DNA of 62,126 nucleotides, the filler included, from Sphacelaria rigidula (taxonomy: Eukaryota): NCBI GenBank assembly GCA_964200075.2. It is 4 parts of 4 records of this genome, joined end to end, with 100 filler letters (N's around TTAATTAATTAA, not from the genome) between each part and the next. Parts side by side here need not be neighbours in the genome. Positions count along the whole stretch, not along the records: positions 46,673 to 62,126 come from CAXNAA020001739.1; 3 more parts are not named here. One strand, 5' to 3'. This document shows positions 62,076-62,126 of the stretch, in pieces (position 1 is the stretch's first letter; the number at the start of each line of letters is the position of its first letter). The notes beneath the pieces were generated by a model, which was not told the DNA's origin, did no database searches, and was given only the letters and a program-made list of their open reading frames with translations. Position numbers and translations under genes: made by a program.

Positions 62076-62126
62076 CACTCAATCATCAATCATCAAGCGC
62101 CGTGGTGTGTTCGTCCGGTCGCGTGA

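Overview
Eukaryotic, repeat-rich nuclear DNA, most likely from a brown alga or related photosynthetic stramenopile (inferred from the PRK type, the FdC2-type ferredoxin, and intron-rich genes with large TE-filled introns). The window is not one locus. It is four unrelated contigs of almost equal length (1-15459, 15560-31017, 31118-46572, 46673-62126) joined by artificial N-TTAATTAATTAA-N spacers. Four host genes are recognisable, all partial: a FdC2/Fed2-type [2Fe-2S] ferredoxin (+), VTA1/LIP5 (-), a divergent DGAT2-like acyltransferase lacking the HPHG motif (+), and plastid phosphoribulokinase (-). The rest is mostly decayed mobile DNA: a long Ty3/gypsy element, two gag remnants, an RTE-type LINE endonuclease, a tRNA-derived SINE family, several MITE families (including a nested insertion with intact target-site duplications), many long fold-back palindromes, and a Cys-rich transposase-like remnant. 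The most intriguing signal is a ~70-nt structured motif present in 8 copies on all four contigs. It has a C-rich tail, shows target-site duplications in C/G-rich targets and compensatory base changes, and looks like the 3' end of a non-LTR retroelement. No intact novel multi-gene system can be demonstrated from the sequence alone.
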